From an uncultured Burkholderiales bacterium (GTDB lineage: Bacteria; Pseudomonadota; Gammaproteobacteria; Burkholderiales; Burkholderiaceae_C), in NCBI GenBank assembly GCA_943908475.1, contig CALTTG010000016.1, positions 6,582 through 70,581 on the forward strand: DNA of 64,000 nt, given 5' to 3'. The translations under genes were made by a program, and so were the position numbers. Numbering within the stretch: the stretch's first letter is position 1; each line of letters opens with the position of its first letter. The notes beneath the pieces were generated by a model that was not told where the DNA came from, ran no database searches, and saw nothing but the letters and a program-made list of their open reading frames with translations. Of this stretch, positions 1 through 9,694 are shown piece after piece.

Positions 1-542
1 AACCTCAAGAACGCCGCCGCATACATGATGACCATGGCCACCCCAGTGAGGTACTCCTGGGCGAGATCGCTCTGGCTCATCACCACCAGAGCCAGATGGA
101 TGCTGGCGGTGGTGAAGATGCCCACGGTGGCGGCACGCTCCAACACCCGGGTGGAGCTGGCCAGCTTGCCCAGCATGTGCGCGAACAAGGTGTAGGGCGC
201 CAGGCCCGCCAGCCTGGCCACCACGGCCATGCCCCAGATGTCGGGCAGCATGAAATGGTCGCTCAAGATGAACAGCGCAATCGCTGGCGCCGTCCATTGC
301 GCCGACTTCATGAACACCGCCAGGCGTTCACGGTAGGCGTCGGTCTCGAAGCGCGCTTCCAGTTCGGGTGGAAAGGTCAGCCAAGGCGATGGGTTGGCCA
401 GGGCTTCGTCGATGTCTTCCCAAGACGTGGTGGCCTCCACCCCATCGGTTTGACGAAACTCCGACGTCCCGTGTGCAGGGACCTGGGCGTCAGCCAGCGG
501 GGGGACGGGCGCAGCAGCGCCGGGGCGTGTGGGCAGAACCAT
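1..542 (-). CDS. 5' part (N-terminal ~180 aa) of a membrane-associated sensor/signalling protein; gene runs off the left edge
   Basis: Minus-strand frame with ATG at 542 reads MVLPTRPGAA...FETDAYRERLAVFMKSAQWTAPAIALFILSDHFMLPDIWGMAVVARLAGLAPYTLF, with several hydrophobic helices. No stop codon before the window edge, so it is absent from the ORF track. Family not recognised. Confidence 0.35.
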   Translation of the reverse strand, partial: MVLPTRPGAAAPVPPLADAQVPAHGTSEFRQTDGVEATTSWEDIDEALANPSPWLTFPPELEARFETDAYRERLAVFMKSAQWTAPAIALFILSDHFMLPDIWGMAVVARLAGLAPYTLFAHMLGKLASSTRVLERAATVGIFTTASIHLALVVMSQSDLAQEYLTGVAMVIMYAAAFLR

Positions 543-857
543 GGGGGCAGTCAATTGGCAGACCCGCATCTTGCAACAAGCCACCCCCCGCGAACAGAAG
601 GGTGTCCCCGCAGGTCGGCCTCAAGCCCATGGGACATCGACCGAAAACATGAGATTGGTCACACGAACGGCCCCCGCAGCGTGGGGGGTTGAGCCCCTGG
701 TTCTCCCGCACCCCCATTCATGGGGGGCACCCCCAGAAAGCGATGGAAAACCCTTGCGGAGCGTGCATTCATTCGCACCGACCTAGGTATGACCCGGGCA
801 GGCAGCCCCAACGCCGCGCGATAAAGTTCTTCTCATGGTTGTGGCGAGGAAGCAGTA

Positions 858-1661
858 GTGAAACCTTCAAACTACAGTGTGTATCTGCAGACAGTGCGTC
901 AGCGCACCCGGCGATCGGGTGCGACCGTGTTGTCCAGCTTCATCGATGCGGTCGATTGGGACCAGGCACTCGCTCGCCTGGCCACCTGGGCACGGTTGCG
1001 CGAATCGCGCTACGTGTGCCTGTGCAACGTCCACTCGGTGGTCACGGCAGATCAAGACCCCAAATTCCACGATGTGATCGCTGGCGCCGACATGGCCCTG
1101 CCCGACGGTGCGCCCGTGGCCTGGTCGCTGCAACAAAGCGGCTTCCCCGAGCAACAGCGCATCAACGGCCCCGATCTGATGTGGCGATACATGCGGGTGG
1201 CGGAAGAGCTCGGTCAATCGGTGTTCTTCTACGGCTCGTCGGAAGAAACACTCGCCCAGCTACGTCAAGCGGTGGCGCGCAACTTCCCCACGCTGCGCAT
1301 TGCCGGCATGATTTCGCCCCCATTTGGTGACATATCTGCCGAGATGGACCAAGCCCACATCGACGCCATCAACCACTCCGGCGCTCACGTGCTGTTCGTG
1401 GGCCTGGGTTGCCCCAAGCAAGAGGTGTGGATGGCCCAGCACAAGGGCAAGGTTCACGCGGTGATGTTGGGCGTGGGTGCCGCGTTCGACTACCACGCAG
1501 GCACCTTGCGCCGCGCCCCCACCTGGATGCAGAACCATGGCCTGGAGTGGGCTTATCGCTTGGCCAGCGAGCCTCGCCGCCTGTTCAAGCGCTATTTGGT
1601 GACCAACTCGACCTTCGTGTGGCGTCAGATGCTCCGCATGGGCAGCCGCCGAATCATCTGA
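858..1661 (+). CDS. WecB/TagA/CpsF family glycosyltransferase (UDP-N-acetyl-mannosamin(uron)yl transferase-like)
   Basis: 267-aa ORF. Conserved WecG/TagA block ...RESRYVCLCNVHSVVTADQDPKFHDVIAGADMALPDGAPVAWS...GPDLM...GCPKQEVWM. Confidence 0.7.
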   Translation: MKPSNYSVYLQTVRQRTRRSGATVLSSFIDAVDWDQALARLATWARLRESRYVCLCNVHSVVTADQDPKFHDVIAGADMALPDGAPVAWSLQQSGFPEQQRINGPDLMWRYMRVAEELGQSVFFYGSSEETLAQLRQAVARNFPTLRIAGMISPPFGDISAEMDQAHIDAINHSGAHVLFVGLGCPKQEVWMAQHKGKVHAVMLGVGAAFDYHAGTLRRAPTWMQNHGLEWAYRLASEPRRLFKRYLVTNSTFVWRQMLRMGSRRII

Positions 1662-1724
1662 GCATGTGGTGCCTGACACTCAGGCTCGCTGAACTCAACA
1701 AAGGCGCTCGCAAGGGCGCCTTTT

Positions 1725-2489
1725 TCATGGGCATGGCCGTGGGCCACACACCGCGCAATGGGGGGTCTTGCGCAGCCGAATGACCGTGTGCTCACCCGAC
1801 AGGCCATCCACCAGGGTCAGGCGTCCCCAAAGGATCGACGCGGGAACCACCCCACTGAGCCAACGCAGTGCCATCGACGCCTGCATGACCCCCATCTGCC
1901 CCACCAGGGGTGCGAAGACACCCAGGGTCGCACAGCGCTCCTCCTGGGGCGGCTCATCGGCAGGAAACACACAGGCGTAGCATGGCGACTCGGCATGAGA
2001 CGGCGCGAACAGGGCCGATTGACCGGACCACCTCACCGCCGACGCAAACACCAGGGGTTTGCGGTGCCGCACACAGGCCTGGTTGACCATCTGGCGGGTG
2101 GCGAACTGGTCGGTGCAATCGAGCACGAGGTCCACCCCAGGCAGGGTCTCGTCCAGCCAGGCCGGGTCGGCGCGCCGCGCCACAGCGCGCACCACGACCT
2201 CGGGGTTGAGCCGCCCAAGGGTGGTTTGCACGGAATCGACCTTGGCCTGACCGACCGCGGCCGTGTCGTGAATGACCTGCCTCTGCAGATTGCTCAGGTC
2301 GACGTGATCATGATCGACCACCGTCAGTCGGCCCACGCCGCTGCTGGCCAGGTACATCAGGGCCGGCGCTCCCAGCCCTCCCGCGCCGATCACCAGCACA
2401 TGCGACGACAGCAACCGCTCCTGGATGTCTTCGGACCATTCATTCATCAGGAGGTGACGGCTGTAACGCAGCCGTTGCAGGTCGTCCAC
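1725..2489 (-). CDS. moeB: ThiF/MoeB-family adenylyltransferase (molybdopterin-synthase adenylyltransferase-like)
   Basis: 254 aa. Rossmann motif VLVIGAGGLGAPALMYLASSGVGRLTVVDHDHVDLSNLQRQ, plus the C-terminal CxxC pair (CYAC...CAVC) typical of MoeB/ThiF. Confidence 0.8.
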   Translation of the reverse strand: MDDLQRLRYSRHLLMNEWSEDIQERLLSSHVLVIGAGGLGAPALMYLASSGVGRLTVVDHDHVDLSNLQRQVIHDTAAVGQAKVDSVQTTLGRLNPEVVVRAVARRADPAWLDETLPGVDLVLDCTDQFATRQMVNQACVRHRKPLVFASAVRWSGQSALFAPSHAESPCYACVFPADEPPQEERCATLGVFAPLVGQMGVMQASMALRWLSGVVPASILWGRLTLVDGLSGEHTVIRLRKTPHCAVCGPRPCP

Positions 2490-2492
2490 CGC

Positions 2493-3953
2493 TCACTCGG
2501 ACTTGGACTTGTCTTTCTCGTCCTTGCGCTCGGTCATGGTCTTGGAGACCATGACGGGCTGCCCCTTGAGCTGGTTGAGCGCCTGCTGCAACTGGAAATC
2601 TTCCGGGCTGCCGAACTCAGGCAAGGGCTTGGGCTTGTCGTCCTTGCGGGCCTGAGCTTCCTTCTCTTTTTCTTCCAATTTCTTGAGGGCCTCTTCGCGG
2701 GCCTTCTCACGAGCGGCGTCTTTGACCTCCGGGCCCTGTCCGCTGGTGATGTGCTTCTCCAGGTCGGCCTCGCGCATGCGCAGGGCGCTGTACAGGTTGC
2801 CCTCGGCGGTTTCATCGATCATGACGTCAGGCACGATGCCCTTGGCCTGGATCGATTGCCCCTTGGGGGTGTAGTAGCGGGCGGTGGTGATCTTCAAGGC
2901 CGTGTCGGCCGTGAGCTGACGAACGGTCTGCACCGAGCCCTTGCCGAAGGTCTGCGCGCCCATGATCACAGCGCGCTTGTGGTCTTGCAAGGCGCCCGAC
3001 ACGATCTCGGAGGCCGATGCCGACCCCTCATTGACCAACACCACCATGGGCACGGTCTTGAGCGCGGCGGGCAGGCGAGCCAGCACGTCGCTGCCCATGC
3101 GGCGGGAGTAGTCTTCCGGGCGGGCCAAGAACTTCTGCTTGGACTCCGGCAACTGGCCGTCGGTGGTCACCACCACCACATCCTTGGGCAGGAAGGCGGC
3201 CGAGATCGCCACGGCACCATCCAGGAGGCCGCCCGGGTCGTTGCGCAGGTCCAGCACCAAACCCTTGATCTTGGGGTCGTCTTGGTAGAGCTTGCTCACC
3301 TTGCTGACGAAGTCTTCCACCGTGCGGTCTTGGAACTGCGTGATGCGAACGTAGGCATAGCCAGGCTCGACCATCTTGGTGCGAACACTCTGCACGCGGA
3401 TTTCTTCCCGGATGATGGTCACCGGGAAGCTGCGGCTTTCACTTTTGCGGAAAATGGTCAGGACCACCTTGGTGGCTGGCTCGCCGCGCATGCGTTTGAC
3501 CGCCTGATCCATGGTCAGGCCCTTGACGAAGGTGTCGTCGATCTTGGTGATGAGGTCGCCGCTTTTGAGGCCAGCCCGGAAGGCCGGTGAGCCTTCGATG
3601 GGCGAGACGATCTTGACCAAGCCATCCTCCATGCCGATTTCGATGCCCACCCCCACAAACTTGCCAGAGGTGCCCTCGCGGAATTCCTTGAAGGTGGTCT
3701 TGTCGAAGTATTGAGAATGGGGGTCCAGGCCCGAGACCATGCCACCGATGGCATCGCTGATCAGCTTCTTTTCGTCGACCACCTCGACGTAGTCCGTCTT
3801 GATCATTCCGAAAACGGCGGCCAGCTGCTGGAGCTCCTCCAGGGGCAGTTGGGGCGCCGCGTTGCGGGCCGTGGCCTGGAATTGCAAGGTGGTCATGCCG
3901 CCCGCCAGGGCGCCAATGGCCACCCAGCCAGCGATCTTCAATTTGGAGGTCAT
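2493..3953 (-). CDS. ctpA: Carboxy-terminal processing protease (peptidase S41, PDZ domain)
   Basis: The ORF track gives 2493..3989. Signal-peptide-like MTSKLKIAGWVAIGALAGG begins at the ATG at 3953, which I prefer as the start. PDZ region GVGIEIGMEDGLVKIVSPIEGSPAFRAGLKSGDLITKID and S41 catalytic region LVNEGSASASEIVSGALQDHKRAVIMGAQTFGKGSVQ. Conserved position next to moeB. Confidence 0.85.
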   Translation of the reverse strand: MTSKLKIAGWVAIGALAGGMTTLQFQATARNAAPQLPLEELQQLAAVFGMIKTDYVEVVDEKKLISDAIGGMVSGLDPHSQYFDKTTFKEFREGTSGKFVGVGIEIGMEDGLVKIVSPIEGSPAFRAGLKSGDLITKIDDTFVKGLTMDQAVKRMRGEPATKVVLTIFRKSESRSFPVTIIREEIRVQSVRTKMVEPGYAYVRITQFQDRTVEDFVSKVSKLYQDDPKIKGLVLDLRNDPGGLLDGAVAISAAFLPKDVVVVTTDGQLPESKQKFLARPEDYSRRMGSDVLARLPAALKTVPMVVLVNEGSASASEIVSGALQDHKRAVIMGAQTFGKGSVQTVRQLTADTALKITTARYYTPKGQSIQAKGIVPDVMIDETAEGNLYSALRMREADLEKHITSGQGPEVKDAAREKAREEALKKLEEKEKEAQARKDDKPKPLPEFGSPEDFQLQQALNQLKGQPVMVSKTMTERKDEKDKSKSE

Positions 3954-4088
3954 CGTGTTCGCCTCGGAGTGCTCAGCGTTGCGTGCCAAACATGCAGCAC
4001 GACCATGGTTTGCGCAGTATAGGAGAGGGGCAGACTGAACAAGGGGCGATCAGGGGCCAAAGTGGGCCCATATCCCAGCTCTTTGCGC

Positions 4089-5123
4089 TCAGAAACGCGC
4101 CCGAGGCGACTCTTGTCGCGCAAAGGTCACGACCTCGCGGGGGCGAATGCGGATGCCCACCTTCGCGCCCGCCTGAGGCGCGGTGTGTGCGGGCACGCTG
4201 GCATGCAGGGTGCGGCCATCGGCCAGACGCAGCGTGCACAAGGTGTCCGCGCCTCGGAACACGCTGCGCAGGACGTCGGCACGCACCTCGCTGTGCTCGT
4301 CCATGGTCACGTCGTGCGCCCGCAGCAGCAGGTCCTGCCCGGCAATCTGCCCTTGCAGCAACACCCCTTGCCCCACGAATTCGGCCACGAAGCGACTGGC
4401 TGGCGCGTGGTACAGCGCCTGAGGCGCGTCCCACTGGTGGAGCTGGCCTTGCTGCATGACCCCCACGAGGTCGCCCAAGGCGAAGGCTTCGGTCTGGTCG
4501 TGCGTGACGAACAAGGCCGTGGTGCCACTGTCTTTGATGATCTGACGCAACTCTTGCGCCAAGCGCTCGCGCAAGGTCGTGTCCAGGCTGGAAAACGGCT
4601 CGTCCAGCAACAGCAGGTCTGGCGAAGGTGCCAGGGCCCGGGCCAGGGCCACGCGCTGTTGCTGCCCGCCAGAGAGCTGGTGGGGCCAGCGGTCGGCCAG
4701 GTCGCTCAACCCGACCAGGGCCAGCATGTGCCCGACACGGCGACGGCGTGCCGCACGGTCCAGGCGCTCGTTGCGACGTTGACTGTTGAGCCCAAAGGCG
4801 ATGTTGCCGGCCACGGTGAGGTGCGGGAACAGGGCGAAATCCTGGAAGACCATGCCCACCCGGCGCTGTTCGGCCGGGCAATGCACCTTGTGTGCAGGAT
4901 CGGCCACCACTTGACCGCCCAGCACGATGCGTCCGCTTTGTGCCCGCTCCAAGCCCGCCACCGTGCGCAGCAAGGTCGTCTTGCCACATCCGGAGGGCCC
5001 CAGCAACACCCCAATGGCGCCTCGGGGCATGTCCATCGAGACACCGTCGAGCACGGGCCGCTCATCGGCCGCACGCCAGCGCACGACCAGATCCTGAACG
5101 CTCAACATCTTGCTCATGCTCAC
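4089..5123 (-). CDS. ABC transporter ATP-binding protein (Fe3+/spermidine-putrescine import type, FbpC/PotA-like)
   Basis: Walker A GPSGCGKTTLLR, signature LSGGQQQRVALARAL, Walker B LLLLDEPFSSLD, and a C-terminal TOBE-like extension. Confidence 0.8.
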   Translation of the reverse strand: MSMSKMLSVQDLVVRWRAADERPVLDGVSMDMPRGAIGVLLGPSGCGKTTLLRTVAGLERAQSGRIVLGGQVVADPAHKVHCPAEQRRVGMVFQDFALFPHLTVAGNIAFGLNSQRRNERLDRAARRRRVGHMLALVGLSDLADRWPHQLSGGQQQRVALARALAPSPDLLLLDEPFSSLDTTLRERLAQELRQIIKDSGTTALFVTHDQTEAFALGDLVGVMQQGQLHQWDAPQALYHAPASRFVAEFVGQGVLLQGQIAGQDLLLRAHDVTMDEHSEVRADVLRSVFRGADTLCTLRLADGRTLHASVPAHTAPQAGAKVGIRIRPREVVTFARQESPRARF

Positions 5124-5142
5124 ATGCTATCATCAAATGTAA

Positions 5143-6783
5143 ATGAGAGCTGTTTGCGTTTATGCACTGTCGGGCTTGGTGTGGGTGCTGGGCTTGCCGG
5201 TGCTGAGTGTGCTGGCCGCCTGGTTCACCGGCGGCGAGCAAGCCTGGGCCACCTTGATGCACCAGGCCCAGACCGTTCTGGGTGCTTACGCCCTGGAATC
5301 GGCCCAACTGACCCTGGGCGTGGGCGTGGGTGTCAGCCTGCTGGGAGGGCTGACCGCTGCTGCCGTGGCGCTGTTCGAGTTCCCGGGCAGGCGCTGGCTG
5401 GCTTGGGCGCAGCTGTTGCCCATGGCGATGCCGGCGTATGTGCTGGCCTACGTGTTCACCGACACCTTGCAGTTCAGCGGCCCGGTGCAGACGTGGTGGC
5501 GCGACTGGCAAGGGCCCGATGCCGCCCGCCTTCCCGATGTGCGCAGCTTGTGGGGCGCCGTGGTGTTGATGACGCTGTGCCTCTACCCTTACGTGTACCT
5601 GTTGACGCGCACCAGCTTGTCCAACCAGGGTTTGCGTTTGATGGAAGCGGCGAGGATGTTGGGCGCGAGCTGGCCCCGGCGCATCCTGACGGTGGCGCTG
5701 CCTGTGGCCCGCCCGGCCCTGATGGCCGGCACGGCCCTGGCCCTGATGGAGACACTGGCCGACTATGGCGTGGGCGCCTATTTCGGCCTGAGCACGTTCA
5801 CGACCGGCATCTACCGCGCTTGGCTGTCGATGGACGATCGACATGCCGCGGCACAGCTGGCGAGCATCCTGCTGGCATCGGTGGTGCTGCTGCTCTGGCT
5901 GGAGCGCCGCGCGCGGCGAGGCATGCGCCTGTCCCAGAACACCTCATCGGCATCTTCTGCAGGACCTTGGGTCTTGAAGGGGCCCGCCGCCTGGGCCATG
6001 ACCGCTGCCTGCCTGCTGCCCGTGCTGCTGGGCTTTGTGCTGCCCGTCGGGCGCCTGATCCAGCTGTTGTGGAGCGAGCATCAACATGGCGAGCTTGGCC
6101 TGCCTTGGGCCAGCTTTGTGCAATGGTGCCTGCACAGCTTCGGCCTGGCGGCCCTCGCCGCAGGCTTGACCGTGGCACTCGCACTGGCGCTCAGCCACTT
6201 CGCCCGACAAGGGCGCCACCCGGGCCTGGCGCTGGCCACCCAGGGCCTCTCGCTGGGCTATGCCGTGCCCGGCGCGGTGATCGCCATCGGGCTGCTGTGG
6301 CCCGTCGGCGCGCTGCAGGCCATCTGGCCCGAGCACTGGATGACAGGCGACTGGCGAAGCTGGTCACCCGCTGGACTGATGACGGGTACCGTGGTGGGCC
6401 TGGTCTACGCCTACCTGGTTCGGTTTTCTTCGGTGGCCCTGCATTCGGTGCAAGCAGGCTATGAACACATCAGCCCCAGCCTGGATGAAAGCGCTCGGCT
6501 GATGGGCCTGTCAGGCTGGGCCATCTGGTGGCGCGTTCATCGCCCCCTGTTGCGCGGTCCTGCGCTGGCCGCCGCCACCCTGGTGTTCGTGGATGTGATG
6601 AAAGAGTTGCCCGCCACCCTGGTGCTGCGCCCCTTCGACACCGACACCTTGGCCGTCATGGCCTACCAGCTCGCGCGCGACGAACGCCTGGGCGAAGCCG
6701 CCCTGCCCTCGCTGGCGATGGTGGTCGTCGGCCTGCTGCCCGTGATCTTGCTGCATCGCAACCTGAACCGCCCCACCCCTTGA
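5143..6783 (+). CDS. ABC transporter permease, duplicated (two-MetI-domain) FbpB-like iron(III)/thiamine-type permease
   Basis: 546 aa, strongly hydrophobic, with two EAA-like repeats (EAARMLGASWPRRILTVALPVARPAL... and DESARLMGLSGWAIWWRVHRPLLRGPAL...). Confidence 0.75.
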   Translation: MRAVCVYALSGLVWVLGLPVLSVLAAWFTGGEQAWATLMHQAQTVLGAYALESAQLTLGVGVGVSLLGGLTAAAVALFEFPGRRWLAWAQLLPMAMPAYVLAYVFTDTLQFSGPVQTWWRDWQGPDAARLPDVRSLWGAVVLMTLCLYPYVYLLTRTSLSNQGLRLMEAARMLGASWPRRILTVALPVARPALMAGTALALMETLADYGVGAYFGLSTFTTGIYRAWLSMDDRHAAAQLASILLASVVLLLWLERRARRGMRLSQNTSSASSAGPWVLKGPAAWAMTAACLLPVLLGFVLPVGRLIQLLWSEHQHGELGLPWASFVQWCLHSFGLAALAAGLTVALALALSHFARQGRHPGLALATQGLSLGYAVPGAVIAIGLLWPVGALQAIWPEHWMTGDWRSWSPAGLMTGTVVGLVYAYLVRFSSVALHSVQAGYEHISPSLDESARLMGLSGWAIWWRVHRPLLRGPALAAATLVFVDVMKELPATLVLRPFDTDTLAVMAYQLARDERLGEAALPSLAMVVVGLLPVILLHRNLNRPTP

Positions 6784-6853
6784 GCAGGGGTCGGCCAACG
6801 GCCCGGCATTGCAACAAGGATGAGCTGACAGGCATGCCCCTGTCCTGCTAGGC

Positions 6854-9694
6854 TTGCGGCACGGATCACAACACAAGACGGGACACGCCACGATGTCGAT
6901 GGCACCGCAGGCGTCGCGACGCCCTTTGCAAGTTTTGCAAGCTCTGACAGCCTTTGGCGCCTACACCCTGGCGGGCACGGCATCGCTGTGGCTGTCCGGG
7001 TCGCACGACGACGTGTCGCTCCTGTACCTGGCCGCCGGCGTGGGCCTGGCATTCGTGCTGGGCTGGGGCCCGTGGATGGCCTTGCCCGTGGGCATCGGGT
7101 CGGCCACGGTGTCTTGGATCGGGCACCTGGCCAGCGCTGGCGACCCCTTGACCTGGGCCCATGGCGTTTCGTTTGCCATCAGCGGCTTGGGGGGCGGCGC
7201 GCAAGCTTGGCTGGCAGGTCGTTGGTTGCACCCCGACCCCCAAGCCGAACTGAGGCTTGAGCACCCCCGCGAGATCCTGAACTTCCTGATGGTGGCAGGA
7301 CCACTGAGCTGCACCCTCAATGCCTTGCTGAGCGGCACGGCCCTGGTGTGGTTGGGGCTGCTGCCCGCCGAAGCCTGGGCCAACACCACGGTGACCTGGT
7401 GGGCTGGGGACACGCTGGGGGTGCTCATGGGCATGCCGCCCATGTTGACCTTGCTGTGCAGCCCGAGACCCTTGTGGAAACGCCGGCGTCAGGTGATGGG
7501 GCTGCCCATGGTGGTGGCCATGCTGCTGTTGGCCGTGGGCATTCGGCAGATGCAGAACTGGGAGCATGGTCGAGAGGCCGCGGCCTTCCGTCAGGAGGTG
7601 GACGCCACCACCACGGCCGTGAAACTGCGCCTGAGCGGTTACATGTCCGCGCTGGAGTCGCTCCGCGGGGTGTTTGATGCCTCGGATTCCGTGGAGCGCG
7701 GCGAATTCGGTCGGGCCAGTCGGCATTGGCTGGAGCAATTGCAAGGCATTCAAGCCCTGGGGTGGGAGGAGCGCGTCCCCCTGACCCGATTGGCCGAGTT
7801 CGAAGCGGCCCAGCGAGGGGAAGGGGTGCTGGGCTACCGGGTGTTCGACCTGCCGGACCGCAGCCCGCCCAAGGGGCCTGAGGCGGTCGCCTTGCGTTTC
7901 ATCGAACCGATGGAGGGCAATGAAAGCGCCATGGGGTTCAATGTGCTGTCTCGACCGCACACCCGCGAGGCGTACACCCGCGCGGTCCAAGACAACCTTC
8001 CAACAGCCACCGCCGGCACCCAACTGGTTCAGGAGCGCGGCCAACAAATTGGCGTGGTGATCTACCGGGCGATTTACCGAGACCCGAACGCGCTGCCCTC
8101 AGAGCGGGCATCTTCCACGATGGGCACCGTGTTTCTGGCCCTGCGCATGGACGATGCCCTCAATGCGGTGCTCAAAGACTTGCCGTCGTTCATGCGGGCT
8201 TGCCTGCTGGATGTGACGGGGGCCCAACCTCACATGCTCAGCGGCCCCAGCGACTGCGCCGATCAAGATGCACCGGGGAGCGAGCGATCCCGCGCGGCCC
8301 ACGAATTGACCGTGCCGCTGGCCTTTGCCCAACGCCAATGGGCACTGAGGTTGTGGGCGGTGGAGCCCATCCCGATGGCGGGTGGCCGCGCCACGTCGTG
8401 GCTGTTTGCCATCAGCGGGGTGCTGTTTGCGGCGGCCTTGAGCGCTTTGTTGCTGGTGATCACGGGCGCCACCGAACGCATGGCAGCGGCCATGAACGAG
8501 GCCCGCCTGCAGCGCGAGGCCGCCGAACGGGCCAATCAGGCCAAGAGCGAGTTCCTCTCGCGCATGAGCCATGAATTGCGGACCCCGCTCAACGCGATGC
8601 TGGGCTTTGCACAGGTGATGGGGCTGGACCGCAGCGAGCCGCTCAGCGGCCACCAGAAACACCGGGTCGACCAAATTCAGCAGGCCGGGTGGCACCTGCT
8701 TGACATGATCGATGACGTGCTGGACATCTCACGCATCGACAGCGGCACCTTGAATCTTCAGGTCGAAAACCTGGACTTGCACGACCTGCTTCACGCCTGC
8801 CTGCCATTGGTTCAGGACACCGCTCGGCAACAGCAAATTCACATCACACTGGACGAGCAACTGCCCTCGGGGTGGGGGGTGCAGGCCGATGGCACGCGCT
8901 TGCGTCAGGTGGTCATCAACCTGTTGAGCAATGCCATCAAATACAACCGGACCGGAGGGCAGGTGCGCCTGCAATCGTCCCTGGTGAAATCGGCCCAGGG
9001 GCCCATGGTCAACCTCGTGTTCACGGACACGGGGCTGGGCATGAGCGAGCAACAGATGGCTCAGCTGTTCCAGCCCTTCAACCGGCTGGGACGCGAGCGC
9101 AACGGGCCAGACGGCACGGGCATCGGCCTGGTGATCAGCCGCCACCTGGTGCAACTGATGGGCGGGCAACTCGATGTGCGCAGCCGCGAGGGGGATGGGT
9201 CCACCTTCACCGTGACCTTGCCGGCCGCCCCGCTGCCGCTGCCCCTGAACCCCTCGGCAGCCGGACAACGTCAGGCCGAGACGAACGCGGCACCGGCCGC
9301 GCGCCCAGGGCGACATGTGCTGTACGTGGAGGACAACCTGGCCAACTCGGCCCTGGTGCAGGCCGCACTCACCACGCGCCCTTGGGTGCAGCTCACGCTC
9401 ACCGAGACGATTGAAGACGGTTTGGCCGCCCTGCACGACCGGCTGGCCGCGCCCCTGCCAGACCTCATCTTGCTGGACGTGCACCTGCCCGATGCCTCGG
9501 GCCTGGACTTCCTGAAGCTGGCCAAAGCCAACCCCGAAACCCGACACATTCCGGTGGTGATGATTTCTGCCGATGCGACACCCGAGCAGATCCATGCCTG
9601 CCTGAGTGCGGGCGCCGCGTGCTACCTGACCAAACCCGTTCAAGTGAGCGAGTTGCTTCAGCAGGTCGACGACCTGCTCAGGCCTCAGCCCTGA
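6854..9694 (+). CDS. Hybrid sensor histidine kinase/response regulator (MASE1 membrane domain, CHASE-like periplasmic sensor, HisKA-HATPase, C-terminal receiver)
   Basis: 946 aa. N-terminal multi-TM MASE1-like region. CHASE-like segment FIEPMEGNESAMGFNVLSRPHTREAYTRAV. H-box SRMSHELRTPLNAMLGFAQVM, then N/G boxes. Receiver HVLYVEDNLAN...DLILLDVHLPDASGLD...CYLTKP. Confidence 0.8.
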   Translation: MRHGSQHKTGHATMSMAPQASRRPLQVLQALTAFGAYTLAGTASLWLSGSHDDVSLLYLAAGVGLAFVLGWGPWMALPVGIGSATVSWIGHLASAGDPLTWAHGVSFAISGLGGGAQAWLAGRWLHPDPQAELRLEHPREILNFLMVAGPLSCTLNALLSGTALVWLGLLPAEAWANTTVTWWAGDTLGVLMGMPPMLTLLCSPRPLWKRRRQVMGLPMVVAMLLLAVGIRQMQNWEHGREAAAFRQEVDATTTAVKLRLSGYMSALESLRGVFDASDSVERGEFGRASRHWLEQLQGIQALGWEERVPLTRLAEFEAAQRGEGVLGYRVFDLPDRSPPKGPEAVALRFIEPMEGNESAMGFNVLSRPHTREAYTRAVQDNLPTATAGTQLVQERGQQIGVVIYRAIYRDPNALPSERASSTMGTVFLALRMDDALNAVLKDLPSFMRACLLDVTGAQPHMLSGPSDCADQDAPGSERSRAAHELTVPLAFAQRQWALRLWAVEPIPMAGGRATSWLFAISGVLFAAALSALLLVITGATERMAAAMNEARLQREAAERANQAKSEFLSRMSHELRTPLNAMLGFAQVMGLDRSEPLSGHQKHRVDQIQQAGWHLLDMIDDVLDISRIDSGTLNLQVENLDLHDLLHACLPLVQDTARQQQIHITLDEQLPSGWGVQADGTRLRQVVINLLSNAIKYNRTGGQVRLQSSLVKSAQGPMVNLVFTDTGLGMSEQQMAQLFQPFNRLGRERNGPDGTGIGLVISRHLVQLMGGQLDVRSREGDGSTFTVTLPAAPLPLPLNPSAAGQRQAETNAAPAARPGRHVLYVEDNLANSALVQAALTTRPWVQLTLTETIEDGLAALHDRLAAPLPDLILLDVHLPDASGLDFLKLAKANPETRHIPVVMISADATPEQIHACLSAGAACYLTKPVQVSELLQQVDDLLRPQP

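Noticed and set aside
1758-3590. 610-aa plus-strand ORF antisense to moeB/ctpA
   Set aside because: Low-complexity Gly/Arg/His-rich translation typical of GC-driven antisense frames. It fully overlaps two genes with strong homology on the other strand.
4062-6464. 800-aa plus-strand ORF spanning the ABC ATPase and permease region
   Set aside because: Arg/Gly/Pro-rich composition. It overlaps well-supported ABC transporter genes. A stop-codon-poor frame in high-GC DNA.
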